The notes under the pieces were generated by a model. The model saw only the letters and a program-made list of their open reading frames with translations. It searched no databases and was not told the DNA's origin. A program made the translations under genes and the position numbers. Shown here piece by piece: positions 10,517-20,281 of a stretch of DNA of 64,000 bases. The stretch spans positions 87,301 to 151,300 of IMG/VR virus record IMGVR_UViG_3300034105_003151; one strand, written 5' to 3'. The DNA comes from a virus. Within the stretch, counting starts at the first letter, position 1; the number at the start of each line of letters is the position of its first letter.

Positions 10517-11179
10517 TCATTCTCCCTTGTTATTAGAATTAGTTTTACTGTTCTTGCCAAATCTAGAAGACATAAAAGCCGATAGTTCTGAGCGAACACT
10601 AGCCATTGCAGAATTCTCAGAGTCTGATCCAACAGATGGAACAAAATCTTCCGTTGTTTCCGCATTATCTAGAACAGAAGCCTTAGTATTTTCTACTGAA
10701 CACTTTGCTTTCACATCGCCAGCTTCGTCTTTTTTATCTTTCTTTTTATTTAGCCAATCTGGCTTTTGGGCAGCTAGTAGAGTTGTCATGGCGCTAAAAG
10801 CTTCGTCATCTAAAGAATCAAACTTTTCAGAAGCAGCTTCTGCTTCGTCAGTAGATGCACCTAGTTCTGTTAGAGAAGCCATTCTCTTCATCTTCTTTTC
10901 TTTCTTCATCATCTCTTCTTCTTTGCCTTTATATGCGGCAATAGTTTCAAGAGCAGATTCTAGTTCAGACTTAACTTTCTTAAATTCTTCTTCTGACTTC
11001 TTCTGGTATTCTTCAGCACTACCAGCTAAAGTAGATTTTTCGCTATTTAGAGTTTCAATAGTCTTTTCATAAGAAAGAATTTTATTTTGTAGCTCGTCAA
11101 CTGTTGCTTGAGTAGTTGCGGCAGTTGCCAAAGTGTCTATCTTGGCTTTCATTTCGGCAACGTCAATTTCTAAACTCAT
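10517..11179 (-). CDS. Nested in-frame scaffold protein (internal start)
   Basis: In-frame ATG at 11179 with GGAG 9 nt upstream and a GGTGTAT motif about 40 nt upstream. Confidence 0.55.
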   Translation of the reverse strand: MSLEIDVAEMKAKIDTLATAATTQATVDELQNKILSYEKTIETLNSEKSTLAGSAEEYQKKSEEEFKKVKSELESALETIAAYKGKEEEMMKKEKKMKRMASLTELGASTDEAEAASEKFDSLDDEAFSAMTTLLAAQKPDWLNKKKDKKDEAGDVKAKCSVENTKASVLDNAETTEDFVPSVGSDSENSAMASVRSELSAFMSSRFGKNSKTNSNNKGE

Positions 11180-12010
11180 AGTTTGGTTCTCCACGTTAAG
11201 GTTTGACTGAGAAATAGATACACCTGAAAAAACAAATTCACTATTTTTTTCTGTTTCTGTTTTAATATTTGGACTAATACTAAAAATTATACTTTCTGGA
11301 TTAGCTGGTTTATCAACAAATCCTTTGCCGGTAAAAGTAATATTTCTTAATACTCTACCTATTTTATAGTTTTGATGATTACCATTTCCACCATATGCTC
11401 TTAGATATTTAGTTAGGTGGGCAGTACTATTATTTCTAGATAATACCTTATAATTCCCCTGAGCATCCATAATACCGTAATCGAAATTTTTGAATAAACA
11501 TTCCATACTAACATATTTACTTTTATTCTCAATAGAACTTATTAAGTCTTTTGCACGAGAAATTAGTTCTGGATTGGTAAAAGCCTTATAGATTACTGAT
11601 CCTGTTAGGATGTGATATTTGGGCGGCAAGTCTGATATGTTAATGTCTTTTGGAATTATTTTGAAGTCTTCTGTTACTGGAGTATTTGAAATAATATGTC
11701 CAACAATAATACTTTCGTCATGATCTAGATTAGTAGGCTTATCTTCTGGTGTGTCCTTAGCCATCCATAGTTCTACGGGATCAAATATATCATCATTTAA
11801 ATTCCAAGAAGAAGTTACCATAATACTATCTGCATAATATAGATCTTTATCATTATAAGAAGCTAAACTCTTAAAATCTGTTTTGATTTTTTCATTTAGA
11901 ATATTATCTGTAGATGGCTCTAATTGACTAGCAATAAGTATTGATGCAGAAGATTGGATCTTATGCTCTAGTCCATCTTGTATTTCTGATAAATATGTTG
12001 GAATTGTCAT
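10517..12010 (-). CDS. Prohead protease fused to a coiled-coil scaffold
   Basis: N-terminal WNLNDD...NLDH...IVGH...VSMEC...FTGKGFVDKPANPESII protease-like motifs; charged coiled-coil C-terminus. Confidence 0.75.
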   Translation of the reverse strand: MTIPTYLSEIQDGLEHKIQSSASILIASQLEPSTDNILNEKIKTDFKSLASYNDKDLYYADSIMVTSSWNLNDDIFDPVELWMAKDTPEDKPTNLDHDESIIVGHIISNTPVTEDFKIIPKDINISDLPPKYHILTGSVIYKAFTNPELISRAKDLISSIENKSKYVSMECLFKNFDYGIMDAQGNYKVLSRNNSTAHLTKYLRAYGGNGNHQNYKIGRVLRNITFTGKGFVDKPANPESIIFSISPNIKTETEKNSEFVFSGVSISQSNLNVENQTMSLEIDVAEMKAKIDTLATAATTQATVDELQNKILSYEKTIETLNSEKSTLAGSAEEYQKKSEEEFKKVKSELESALETIAAYKGKEEEMMKKEKKMKRMASLTELGASTDEAEAASEKFDSLDDEAFSAMTTLLAAQKPDWLNKKKDKKDEAGDVKAKCSVENTKASVLDNAETTEDFVPSVGSDSENSAMASVRSELSAFMSSRFGKNSKTNSNNKGE

Positions 12011-12036
12011 ATGTTACTCTTTTGTTATAGGTATTG

Positions 12037-14214
12037 CTATTCTGAATACACCATACTATAAAAAGAAGCTTTAGCCTGTTTCATATCTTCCACAGTTAAT
12101 TGCTTATCTAGATCTACTGCAATATCTTGACAGTATTTTTTAAGATCATCAAAAGTAGCCATTCTAATATTTTGAACTTTTTGGAGTGACTCCTGAACAG
12201 AACCTTCATTAATATTTGTAAAGGGCTGTGTAGCAAACAATATTTTTGTTTTTAAGTCTTCTAACTCATCAGTCTCAGAACTAGCCAAACTTCTTAAATT
12301 CTTCTTGTTATACAGATCTAAAATCATAGGATTTACAATTTCGCTTATTTTATCTTGGGCGTTTACTGCCCAAAGATTTAATGAGGCTCCAGTTCTTGGA
12401 CTGAAAGTTTTAGTTTTGCGTTTTGAGCTATCTTTGCTGGTTTTTGGGCGACCTTGACCGGACACTCCTGGCAAAGATTCTGACGAATCTTTTGCCAACT
12501 TTGTTGGGGAAACAGCCTGACGCATTTCAAGAACCGTTTTTTCTCCAGCTTTCTTTTTATCTAATTCTAATCCAACTTGGCTAGGAGTAGCAGTACCTCC
12601 CTGTAATGCTATTTTCTTTAAAGAATTTTCAATTTGTGGATCAAACCAAGGTCCAGTTTTTCTAACCATTCTATTGCTCTTACGTTCGCGTGTCTCTCTC
12701 ATTAATCTAGCTTTTTCCATATCTGGATCAAAACCAAATTTCTTTTGTAGTAATTCATCGCTAATTACATTTCTATCAGCTAATTGAATTAATAGAGCCT
12801 TTTCTGTATCTTCATTACTTAGATCCATTCTATCAAATTCTATTTTAGCCGGGTGTTGAAAACCCATAGCTTTTTGTACTAATTCAAATTCCTTTTCCCA
12901 AAATTCTATAACTAAATCTCTACCATACTGTAGTCTTTGTGTCATAGTTTTTAGACTTATGAAATTATTGGTTGTTCCTGCCGCACCAAATGTGCCCGTT
13001 AAAGTTGGAGGAATACCAAGACCAGCATATACGCTATTTAAGTGAGGAATATATTTTGACTCACCTAAAAATTGATGTACACTAGTTTTACTTTCTATAA
13101 GTTCTAAGTCTGGTCCCCAGATCAAATCCATAGTACCACCACCAACATTATTGCCTAGAATCTGTGCTAATTTAGCAACAGCAGCTTTTGTTGGTGCAAT
13201 TTTATGTTCTAGACTACCTAGTTTAAAAATACGAATATTACTAATAGCTCCATCAAGAGCGGCAAGGTCTGCTAGTTTTAATTTTTCTATTATGAAAATA
13301 TCATCCATAATTGCATATATCATAGGATAAGCCCAGCTTTGCCAATCATCTTTCTTGTAATGAAAAACAATAGTTTTTTGAGGATCTAATGGATAAGGCT
13401 TTTTAGCTTTTGCTGCTTCTACTATCTGTGCTGGTAACTGAGCAACAATAGCCTTTTCAGCATCTGTTCTTGGGCTATTAATTAGTTTTCTCATTTGGGC
13501 CGGAATAGTGATCTCATACTGCTTACTCTGTACAAAAGAGGCTAATCCACCAGCAGACATTTGCACACAAATAGGATCGATAAAAGTATACTTCCAAGGG
13601 ATTTCTCTTTTTTCTACCTTTATTTGATCTATACTATCGATATATAAGTCTGGAGATCCCATACTTTTGTATAAACCATCAATGACTTTAACATTTAATT
13701 TTGCCGTTTGACGATTTAATACAACGCTGCCTGTGCGATAGATGTTGTTCAAAAATCTTTCGCTACGATCCTTACCCTTCACTTTTTTAAACCATTGCTT
13801 ATAAAATCTTTCGATACGCTTATTTCTATGAACAGGAGTAATACCTTGTACTGCAAAATCAGCCATAAGATCAATAACGTTTCTAATCAATCCCATTTTT
13901 TGATAGATATCATCTGCTCTACGACAGATTGCTTTTATTTCACGGGGAACAGTTTCATCTGGACGGAAAAATTCGTAATCTGCACGGGTTAGTCCTGGGC
14001 GACCTCCCGTATTTGAGTCTAGATTGGAAAAGTCAACACCGTATCGTCTATCGGCAACAGACTTGTATATTCCAAACTCCTCTAAAGCACTAGCAGAGTC
14101 ATGTAATGCTTTGCTTTTACTTAATAAGTCATCTCCCCAAGTAACATAAGCATCTGCTCCATCATATTGTGCCGCTGCAACGGCTTCACTTTTAGGGTAT
14201 TTTTGTTTAGGCAT
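12037..14214 (-). CDS. Portal protein
   Basis: 725 aa between TerL and the protease gene; portal-like helical composition. Confidence 0.8.
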   Translation of the reverse strand: MPKQKYPKSEAVAAAQYDGADAYVTWGDDLLSKSKALHDSASALEEFGIYKSVADRRYGVDFSNLDSNTGGRPGLTRADYEFFRPDETVPREIKAICRRADDIYQKMGLIRNVIDLMADFAVQGITPVHRNKRIERFYKQWFKKVKGKDRSERFLNNIYRTGSVVLNRQTAKLNVKVIDGLYKSMGSPDLYIDSIDQIKVEKREIPWKYTFIDPICVQMSAGGLASFVQSKQYEITIPAQMRKLINSPRTDAEKAIVAQLPAQIVEAAKAKKPYPLDPQKTIVFHYKKDDWQSWAYPMIYAIMDDIFIIEKLKLADLAALDGAISNIRIFKLGSLEHKIAPTKAAVAKLAQILGNNVGGGTMDLIWGPDLELIESKTSVHQFLGESKYIPHLNSVYAGLGIPPTLTGTFGAAGTTNNFISLKTMTQRLQYGRDLVIEFWEKEFELVQKAMGFQHPAKIEFDRMDLSNEDTEKALLIQLADRNVISDELLQKKFGFDPDMEKARLMRETRERKSNRMVRKTGPWFDPQIENSLKKIALQGGTATPSQVGLELDKKKAGEKTVLEMRQAVSPTKLAKDSSESLPGVSGQGRPKTSKDSSKRKTKTFSPRTGASLNLWAVNAQDKISEIVNPMILDLYNKKNLRSLASSETDELEDLKTKILFATQPFTNINEGSVQESLQKVQNIRMATFDDLKKYCQDIAVDLDKQLTVEDMKQAKASFYSMVYSE

Positions 14215-14265
14215 AGTTAATTGAACCGTGATAGGAATGTATTCTGATTAATAAAATGTATTACA

Positions 14266-16323
14266 CTAATTTCGATATATTCCTGTGTAAATATCATCAT
14301 TTCCTCCACCTCCAGTAAACCAATCTGGCCCCCTATACATCTGACCATCATGCTTCACAACGTCCGCTCTGTTATTACCCACAACATCATATTCAATAGG
14401 AGATAGTATTCTATTCATTTGTCTAGCTATCATATTAGCAATTAGTAAAGAACTATAACGGTCTTTTCTAAGTCTTCCTTTTTTACCACCGGGCATTTTA
14501 ACTTCTGGAGTATCCCATCTGTCTCTAGCGTTTGGACCTGTACTAGTTTGTGTCATTACTATGGTAGTTAGTTCATCTTTTAGTTCTTCTATTTCTAGAA
14601 TACACTCACTTAAACTATCATATAATGGACTAAGATCAGTTTCTAGAATACTCAAGTCTTCTCCCTGTAATGCTAAACCTAGAGATACAGGATCGAATCT
14701 TGGAAATAATAATACTTTATCTTCCATATCTTTTCTTAATCCGTGATTAGCTTGACTAGTCCAATCAGACTTGGCAAACTGTACCATTTCTAATATATGT
14801 AAGCCTTGTTGATCATCGGTATCTTTAGCTTTTTCAAAATCTATAATAGGCCATATTAGATGTTCACCTTGTTCTAATTTGCTAGGATCGTGTAGTGCTT
14901 CTTCAATAGCTACTCCTCCACCCTGAGCATCTAATCCAATCCGTTCGCAAGGGAATATTTTCATTAGGTTTCTGATCTTCCTTGCACAAAAGGCATAGAA
15001 GTCATGATCGATAGTAGTTCCTGCTTTTTGACGCTCTTTAAAATTGCTTCTATTTGTTGTCCAACAATAAACCACTCTAGAGTGATCTGGATGGATTTCT
15101 AAAATAACTAAGCTAAAATTATCTTTTTCACTAGCAGGATCGATACCGTAAACATAACGGAGAGATGGTCTGCCTTTAATCATTGGGTCAAATATTACAA
15201 CTTTATTATTAATAGTTATAGGTTTTGTATCAGAAACAACACAACCTTCTATGAGTGTTCTTCTAAAAAATCCTTCACTATCATTAACAAAACACGCAGC
15301 ATATTCCATATTATAAATACCGGCATGAATAGTAGCGCGGGCGCGACTTACTTGCTTATCATCCATAAAACCCTTTGGTATTAACTCATAAGGAATACGA
15401 ATAATACAATAGTCTTTCCAGTTAAAATTCTCTGGAACTTCGCCTTTGAATAATTCGTCTAGTTTATTAGGATCACCCTTACTTTCGATAATAGACTTAT
15501 ATCTTCTCCAATATGAAGCAAAGTGTTTAAATGAATAATCTGCGGTTCCTGAAATAATGGCTTGATTACCCATTTTATATTGTAGTGCTTCTAATTCATC
15601 GTTCCAAATACCAGCCTCAATCATGGCTAGTTTTTTTGCTTCGTCTTTTACATTTTGCATAGGAGATGCACTAACTGACGCGAAACCCGCAACAACTGTT
15701 TCATATATTTCTGGTGAAATTGATGCGAACTCGTCAGCGATAATAATATGCGCTCTTAGACCTCTGATTTTAGTCCCATCACCCATAGGAATAGCAATAG
15801 CCACGCTATCTCCTAGTCTCATTGTCCATCTATCAGTATCTTTACGCATACCATCATTTGATCCGTTAAATATGGATCGAAGTATCGGAGAGCCATTCCA
15901 AATAGTTTCCATATACTCTAGAACCAATTTGCTTTGTCTAAAACCCGCTCCTACTACAACTATTTTAGTTCCTGGCTTTAGTATGCATCTGAGGATACAG
16001 TATAGAGCCATAAGAAAGCTCTTACCGAATCCACGACTAGCAATATACATTGGAAAAGCCCTAATCCAGAACTCTTGCAAAATTGCCACCTGCATTGGGT
16101 GCAGTTCTATATTGAATAGTAATTTACAGGTTGTTCCAAAATATAATGGATTACTCAATAGTCTTAGTAAATGGCGATCTGGATATTCAATATCATATTC
16201 TGATCGATCTACCAGCGCACTACGAAGAGAGTCTATAAGAGATGTGTCGCCCAGACCTAACCAAGCATCATCATATGGAGTTATTATTTTTTTATTGGGC
16301 TTTATTATTGTACTCAAGTTCAT
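14266..16323 (-). CDS. terL: Terminase large subunit
   Basis: Walker A ASRGFGKS, Walker B IIADE, nuclease motif YGIDPA, C-terminal KDRYSS. Confidence 0.92.
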   Translation of the reverse strand: MNLSTIIKPNKKIITPYDDAWLGLGDTSLIDSLRSALVDRSEYDIEYPDRHLLRLLSNPLYFGTTCKLLFNIELHPMQVAILQEFWIRAFPMYIASRGFGKSFLMALYCILRCILKPGTKIVVVGAGFRQSKLVLEYMETIWNGSPILRSIFNGSNDGMRKDTDRWTMRLGDSVAIAIPMGDGTKIRGLRAHIIIADEFASISPEIYETVVAGFASVSASPMQNVKDEAKKLAMIEAGIWNDELEALQYKMGNQAIISGTADYSFKHFASYWRRYKSIIESKGDPNKLDELFKGEVPENFNWKDYCIIRIPYELIPKGFMDDKQVSRARATIHAGIYNMEYAACFVNDSEGFFRRTLIEGCVVSDTKPITINNKVVIFDPMIKGRPSLRYVYGIDPASEKDNFSLVILEIHPDHSRVVYCWTTNRSNFKERQKAGTTIDHDFYAFCARKIRNLMKIFPCERIGLDAQGGGVAIEEALHDPSKLEQGEHLIWPIIDFEKAKDTDDQQGLHILEMVQFAKSDWTSQANHGLRKDMEDKVLLFPRFDPVSLGLALQGEDLSILETDLSPLYDSLSECILEIEELKDELTTIVMTQTSTGPNARDRWDTPEVKMPGGKKGRLRKDRYSSLLIANMIARQMNRILSPIEYDVVGNNRADVVKHDGQMYRGPDWFTGGGGNDDIYTGIYRN

Positions 16324-16771
16324 ATACCTTTTTCATTAGAGTAATAGCAATTTTGGAAGCATTTGAGGGATCTCCGCAAAAAAGCACATGAATATTATGT
16401 TTGAGTTGAAGTTCTAAGAGATTCTTTAAAATAAATCCCGATGTAATCTTTAGCTTATCCCACATTCTTTTAGGTACATTAGACCCTATTGGATATCTAT
16501 AAATATCTTCTAGACTAAATTCTAGTATCAAATAAGAGTACTTATATGTTTTCATCCTATCAATAACGTCTTTGAATCTTTTTTCCGTTATATTATTAGC
16601 TATTTCACTAACACTCTTTTTTCTCTCTACACACAATAAATGCTCGTAGCCCTCAACACTATAATCACCCGTATCTAGTTTTCTATTAGCATAAGCCACC
16701 CTATCAAATTCCCAGGGTTGTTGCTCTCTAGTATCTATGATAACTTTAAAATTGTTATAATCTACGTTCAT
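16292..16771 (-). CDS. ERCC4/XPF-family nuclease
   Basis: IIDTREQ...LDTGDYS...VERK signature. Confidence 0.9.
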   Translation of the reverse strand: MNVDYNNFKVIIDTREQQPWEFDRVAYANRKLDTGDYSVEGYEHLLCVERKKSVSEIANNITEKRFKDVIDRMKTYKYSYLILEFSLEDIYRYPIGSNVPKRMWDKLKITSGFILKNLLELQLKHNIHVLFCGDPSNASKIAITLMKKVYELEYNNKAQ

Positions 16772-17037
16772 TTTTTCTTCCCTGCTAATATTTTAAAAAA
16801 CACGGCAGCATATATGGTTTCTAGTCCGCTAATCATTTTATGATGAGCATAACAAAGAGTGATTCCATTTTCGACAACAAACCGCAATGCTGGACTATCA
16901 GCCCATCTAACAATATGATGAGCGTTTAACCGCTTTTTAATATTACACCCAGGCCACTGACAACAGTGATTATCTCTTTTGTATACTTCCTTACGCCACT
17001 TTACATATAGTGGATCTTTAAACCAACGTTTGGTCAT
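16768..17037 (-). CDS. HNH endonuclease (packaging-associated)
   Basis: RDNHCCQWPGC...AHHI...NGITLC.AHH. Confidence 0.88.
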   Translation of the reverse strand: MTKRWFKDPLYVKWRKEVYKRDNHCCQWPGCNIKKRLNAHHIVRWADSPALRFVVENGITLCYAHHKMISGLETIYAAVFFKILAGKKK

Positions 17038-18097
17038 AAGATACCATCTCTTCTACTAATTGTTCAAAGCTAATTTCTGGTTTCCACCCTAGCTGCATAG
17101 TAGCTTTAGTAGGATAACCTCTTAGATAATCCACCTCTGCTGGTCTATAGAACTGGGGATCGATAACTATAAAATCTTTATAATCAAGATCAAACTTACT
17201 AAAAGCAATCTTTAAAAAGTCTTCTACGCTGTGAGTTTCGCCCGTTGCTACTACAAAGTCATCAGCCTCTTTTGCTTGCAACATCATCCACATTGCCCTT
17301 ACATAATCCTTTGCATGACCCCAATCACGGTAGGCTTTAATGTTACCTAGACGTAGTTTTGGAAATGCTATTGGGCCACGACTTGTTGGTTTTCCATAGT
17401 AAATAGTATCAGACTCATCAGGATCAAAAAATCTTCCAATTGTTGCAAACTCTTGATCGCCCCATTTATTAAACTCGCCCAGCCACTTAGTAATCTTGCG
17501 AGTAACAAACTTCTCGCCCCTACGAGGACTCTCATGATTAAATAAAATTCCTGAGCAAGCAAAAATACCATATGCCGAGCGATAGATTCTTACCAAGTTA
17601 TGAGCAGCTAACTTAGCCACCCCATAAGGACTTTGAGGAAGCATTGTTGTCTTTTCGTCTTGGTATGGATTTCCATTTAAATCTTTATCATAATTAAAAC
17701 CAAACATTTCACTAGTACTAGCTTGGTAGAATCTTGTCTTGGGCGAACATTGACGAATAGATTCTAAGATATGTAAAACACCCAAGGCATCCATCTCAAA
17801 TGTAGATACTGGTTGTTCAAAACTAGTACCAACATGACTCTGAGCAGCTAAGTTATAGAATTCATCTGGCTTATATTTATTGACTAAGCTAAAACAACCT
17901 GATGAATCTGTAAGATCGAATTCCTCAAGGGAAAAATTGGGATTGTTTTGCAGAGAAAGGATTCTGCTTTGTGTGTTCGTACTTGACCGGCGATATAGAC
18001 CCACTACTTTATAACCCTTTTCCAAAAGTAATTCGGCCAAATAGCTTCCGTCTTGTCCTGTTATTCCACTTACTAGTGCTGTTTTTTGTTTAGTCAT
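17018..18097 (-). CDS. gmd: GDP-mannose 4,6-dehydratase
   Basis: GITGQDGSYL, NLAAQSHV, QASTSEMFG, SPYGVAK, LFNHESPRRG, RDWGHAKDYV motifs. Confidence 0.96.
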   Translation of the reverse strand: MTKQKTALVSGITGQDGSYLAELLLEKGYKVVGLYRRSSTNTQSRILSLQNNPNFSLEEFDLTDSSGCFSLVNKYKPDEFYNLAAQSHVGTSFEQPVSTFEMDALGVLHILESIRQCSPKTRFYQASTSEMFGFNYDKDLNGNPYQDEKTTMLPQSPYGVAKLAAHNLVRIYRSAYGIFACSGILFNHESPRRGEKFVTRKITKWLGEFNKWGDQEFATIGRFFDPDESDTIYYGKPTSRGPIAFPKLRLGNIKAYRDWGHAKDYVRAMWMMLQAKEADDFVVATGETHSVEDFLKIAFSKFDLDYKDFIVIDPQFYRPAEVDYLRGYPTKATMQLGWKPEISFEQLVEEMVSYDQTLV

Positions 18098-18935
18098 TGG
18101 TTTTAGTCTCCTGATGGTCTTCTTTTACACTGTCTGCTGTTAAAAATGGTCTGTCCACTGTTCCATCTATGTATTGATGATAAGCGTGTAGTTTGGTTTC
18201 TTTTACTTTGTTAGTAGCCAACTTGTATAACTCCATCTCTCGCCCCTCTTTCTCTCTGATCGCCTCGTCCTCTAACATTTTCACAAGCCCCGTCCAACTA
18301 CTCTTACCATCTTCGATTCTTTTGATTCTTTGTTCTCTTGTGGCTTTTAGATCCTTACTAATGTTTTGGGCTTCTTTAGATAATTTAGTCCATTCATTAG
18401 TATAGTTAGATAGGGCATTTCGGGCAAAGCTCAACTGGGTTTCCATACTAGTTAATCGGGGCAAGTCTCTCTGATCTTCTGTTTTTTCATATTCTTTATC
18501 AACACCCTTTTGCAATCTATCTATTTCTTTAACATGACGCTTGCGGTCTTCCATACATCTGTTGAGCAGGATTTCAAGGGTGATGTATTGTTTGATCTGG
18601 AGTTCTTCGGCGGGTAACACATCGTCTTTAAACTGCTTAATAAGACCAATCCATGTATTTTCAAATAGAGTTAGTTCGCCGTTCTCTTCGTCAAACTGTT
18701 TTAAGATTTCGGGCCAGAAGGTTTTACTATGAAGCATCAAACGAATCATTTCTTGCTCTTTGCGAGTTTCTTCGTTAACCAGTAGGGCGTTTTCAGTAAT
18801 AAATCTTCTGATGGGGGCTTCTGTTCTATTTAAAGCCTCCGCTATTTGTTCCATACTTAATTCGTTAACATTGTCACGAATAAAACCCTCTTCATCCAGA
18901 CTCAACTGGCCCCTTTTCTTATTAGCGCTCATCAT
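18090..18935 (-). CDS. HTH/coiled-coil protein, putative terminase small subunit
   Basis: N-terminal HTH-like segment (SMEQIAEALNRT) and long coiled coil, upstream of TerL in the same operon. Confidence 0.45.
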   Translation of the reverse strand: MMSANKKRGQLSLDEEGFIRDNVNELSMEQIAEALNRTEAPIRRFITENALLVNEETRKEQEMIRLMLHSKTFWPEILKQFDEENGELTLFENTWIGLIKQFKDDVLPAEELQIKQYITLEILLNRCMEDRKRHVKEIDRLQKGVDKEYEKTEDQRDLPRLTSMETQLSFARNALSNYTNEWTKLSKEAQNISKDLKATREQRIKRIEDGKSSWTGLVKMLEDEAIREKEGREMELYKLATNKVKETKLHAYHQYIDGTVDRPFLTADSVKEDHQETKTND

Positions 18936-19551
18936 TTTCCCCCATAAGTTCTTTTATATGCTTGCGTAATTTTTTAATTAGTACTGTACTAACTCTGGCC
19001 CCGTTCTTTAGTTTTAAGTAGATTTCTCTAAATTCTGGCTTAGTAATATTAGAATCTAAAAAGTCTATAATTTCTTTTGATCCTATTAAATTAGATGGGT
19101 CATCGGGGGTTGTGCAGGAGTCGGAGATATGTTCTATGCTCTGGGGCACCATGATATTTTTTTTACTTTCATTCCGGCGACTCCATCCAGCAAATGGTTC
19201 ACATTCATTTTTGTCGGGAAATTTTTCACACTGGTTACTAGATTTTAAACAGTGGGCGTCATAGAGAGGACAGCTTAAACAAGGCTTGTCGGGGCGCTGG
19301 TAGTTATTTCTTTTATAATTAAAGAGGCGATTTCTAATGTGGGTCCATAAGAAATTAGCAAGGGGGCGCTTATTATCATATTTTTCTAGCGCTTCTATTC
19401 CGAAGGTAACACCCAATTGCTTCATATCAGCTTCTTCGTGATAGCCGAATCTGAATTTTTTAGCTAATCGGGGCATTACCTTATCTATAGCTTCTAGAAA
19501 ATCAGCTTCTGTCACCCCGTTCGGCATCGTCGCCTTCTTCTGTTTGCTCAT
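18922..19551 (-). CDS. Phage sigma70-family (ECF-like) sigma factor with a Cys-rich insertion
   Basis: Region-2-like DMKQ...IEALEKYD...FLWTHIRNRLFNYKR, then CxxCP..C..C..C and a short region-4-like tail. Confidence 0.7.
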   Translation of the reverse strand: MSKQKKATMPNGVTEADFLEAIDKVMPRLAKKFRFGYHEEADMKQLGVTFGIEALEKYDNKRPLANFLWTHIRNRLFNYKRNNYQRPDKPCLSCPLYDAHCLKSSNQCEKFPDKNECEPFAGWSRRNESKKNIMVPQSIEHISDSCTTPDDPSNLIGSKEIIDFLDSNITKPEFREIYLKLKNGARVSTVLIKKLRKHIKELMGENDER

Positions 19552-19669
19552 CTAATAATTCGGAAATGCTTTTTCCGTCCTGTAGTTCTAAGTCTTGTGT
19601 AACATTAACGCTTCCTACGCAACGCACCTCTAGTACGCTATCAACTAATTCGGGTGTATCATTATTCAT
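19502..19669 (-). CDS. Small acidic hypothetical protein
   Basis: AAGGAG RBS before the ATG at 19669; first gene of the late operon. Confidence 0.5.
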   Translation of the reverse strand: MNNDTPELVDSVLEVRCVGSVNVTQDLELQDGKSISELLDEQTEEGDDAERGDRS

Positions 19670-19749
19670 ATCAGCTCCTTGCAAAATGTGGTCAACATAC
19701 TATTATAAAGGGGTATACACTTTTGTCAATGTTTTTACAAAGGAATCTT

Positions 19750-19977
19750 ATGAAAAGTTATAAAAAATGGACACTAAGCGAGCAGGATTTTATTAGAAAC
19801 AACTGTGTTCTTATGCACGATGCCTTGTTGGCTAGTAAGTTGAGCCAGATGACGGGCCAGAATATTAGTGCTGAAATGGTTCGCAACCAGAGACGAAAGC
19901 AGCAAATTGTTAAAAAGGCGGGACGGCCAACAAAGTCGGGAGTTAAGCCATTAGATAACGAGGGGAAAATCGGCTAA
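19750..19977 (+). CDS. Small basic HTH-like protein, divergent from the late operon
   Basis: AAGGAA RBS; KKWTLSEQDFIR...VRNQRRK...GRP. Confidence 0.55.
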   Translation: MKSYKKWTLSEQDFIRNNCVLMHDALLASKLSQMTGQNISAEMVRNQRRKQQIVKKAGRPTKSGVKPLDNEGKIG

Positions 19978-20072
19978 TTTGTTTAGGGAGTGCCTACTTA
20001 TTTTGAACCACCCGGCGTTTTCCTTGACATTCTTGACATTCCCTTGACAATTGAAAAAACCCCCCCCTTCCA

Positions 20073-20116
20073 CCCCGCCCGATTCGTCATAAGTCTTTAC
20101 GCAGTAAGGGTTTAGG
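20073..20116. repeat. Element A copy 1 (single palindrome plus variant GC core)
   Basis: CATAAGTCTTT-acgcagt-AAGGGTTTAGG preceded by CCCCGCCCG. Confidence 0.75.
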
Positions 20117-20128
20117 TCGAGTGTTGAC

Positions 20129-20143
20129 GCAAGTGGTGTGCCG
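20129..20143 (-). promoter_or_regulatory. sigma54-type -24/-12 site
   Basis: CGGCACACCACTTGC (GG-N10-GC). Confidence 0.6.
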
Positions 20144-20213
20144 TGTGTGGATGAGGAAAAAAAGATTGTGGTTTGGTATGGAAAATTATTTTGAGATTTT
20201 CTAGATTTTTCTC

Positions 20214-20241
20214 TTGACGCTGTCGATAAAAATGGTATAAT
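20214..20241 (+). promoter_or_regulatory. sigma70 promoter, first of roughly 40 similar plus-strand promoters (e.g. 22655, 27218, 28862, 30740, 31955, 38653, 39298, 39909, 45252, 54696, 55319, 57539)
   Basis: TTGACG-N16-TATAAT; the others are TTGACA-N16(17)-TA(T/G/A)AAT or TATACT, usually followed by a purine-rich RBS. Confidence 0.85.
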
Positions 20242-20281
20242 AGAAGCACAAGAGAAAACGAAGGATAGCGGAGAGAAGATC

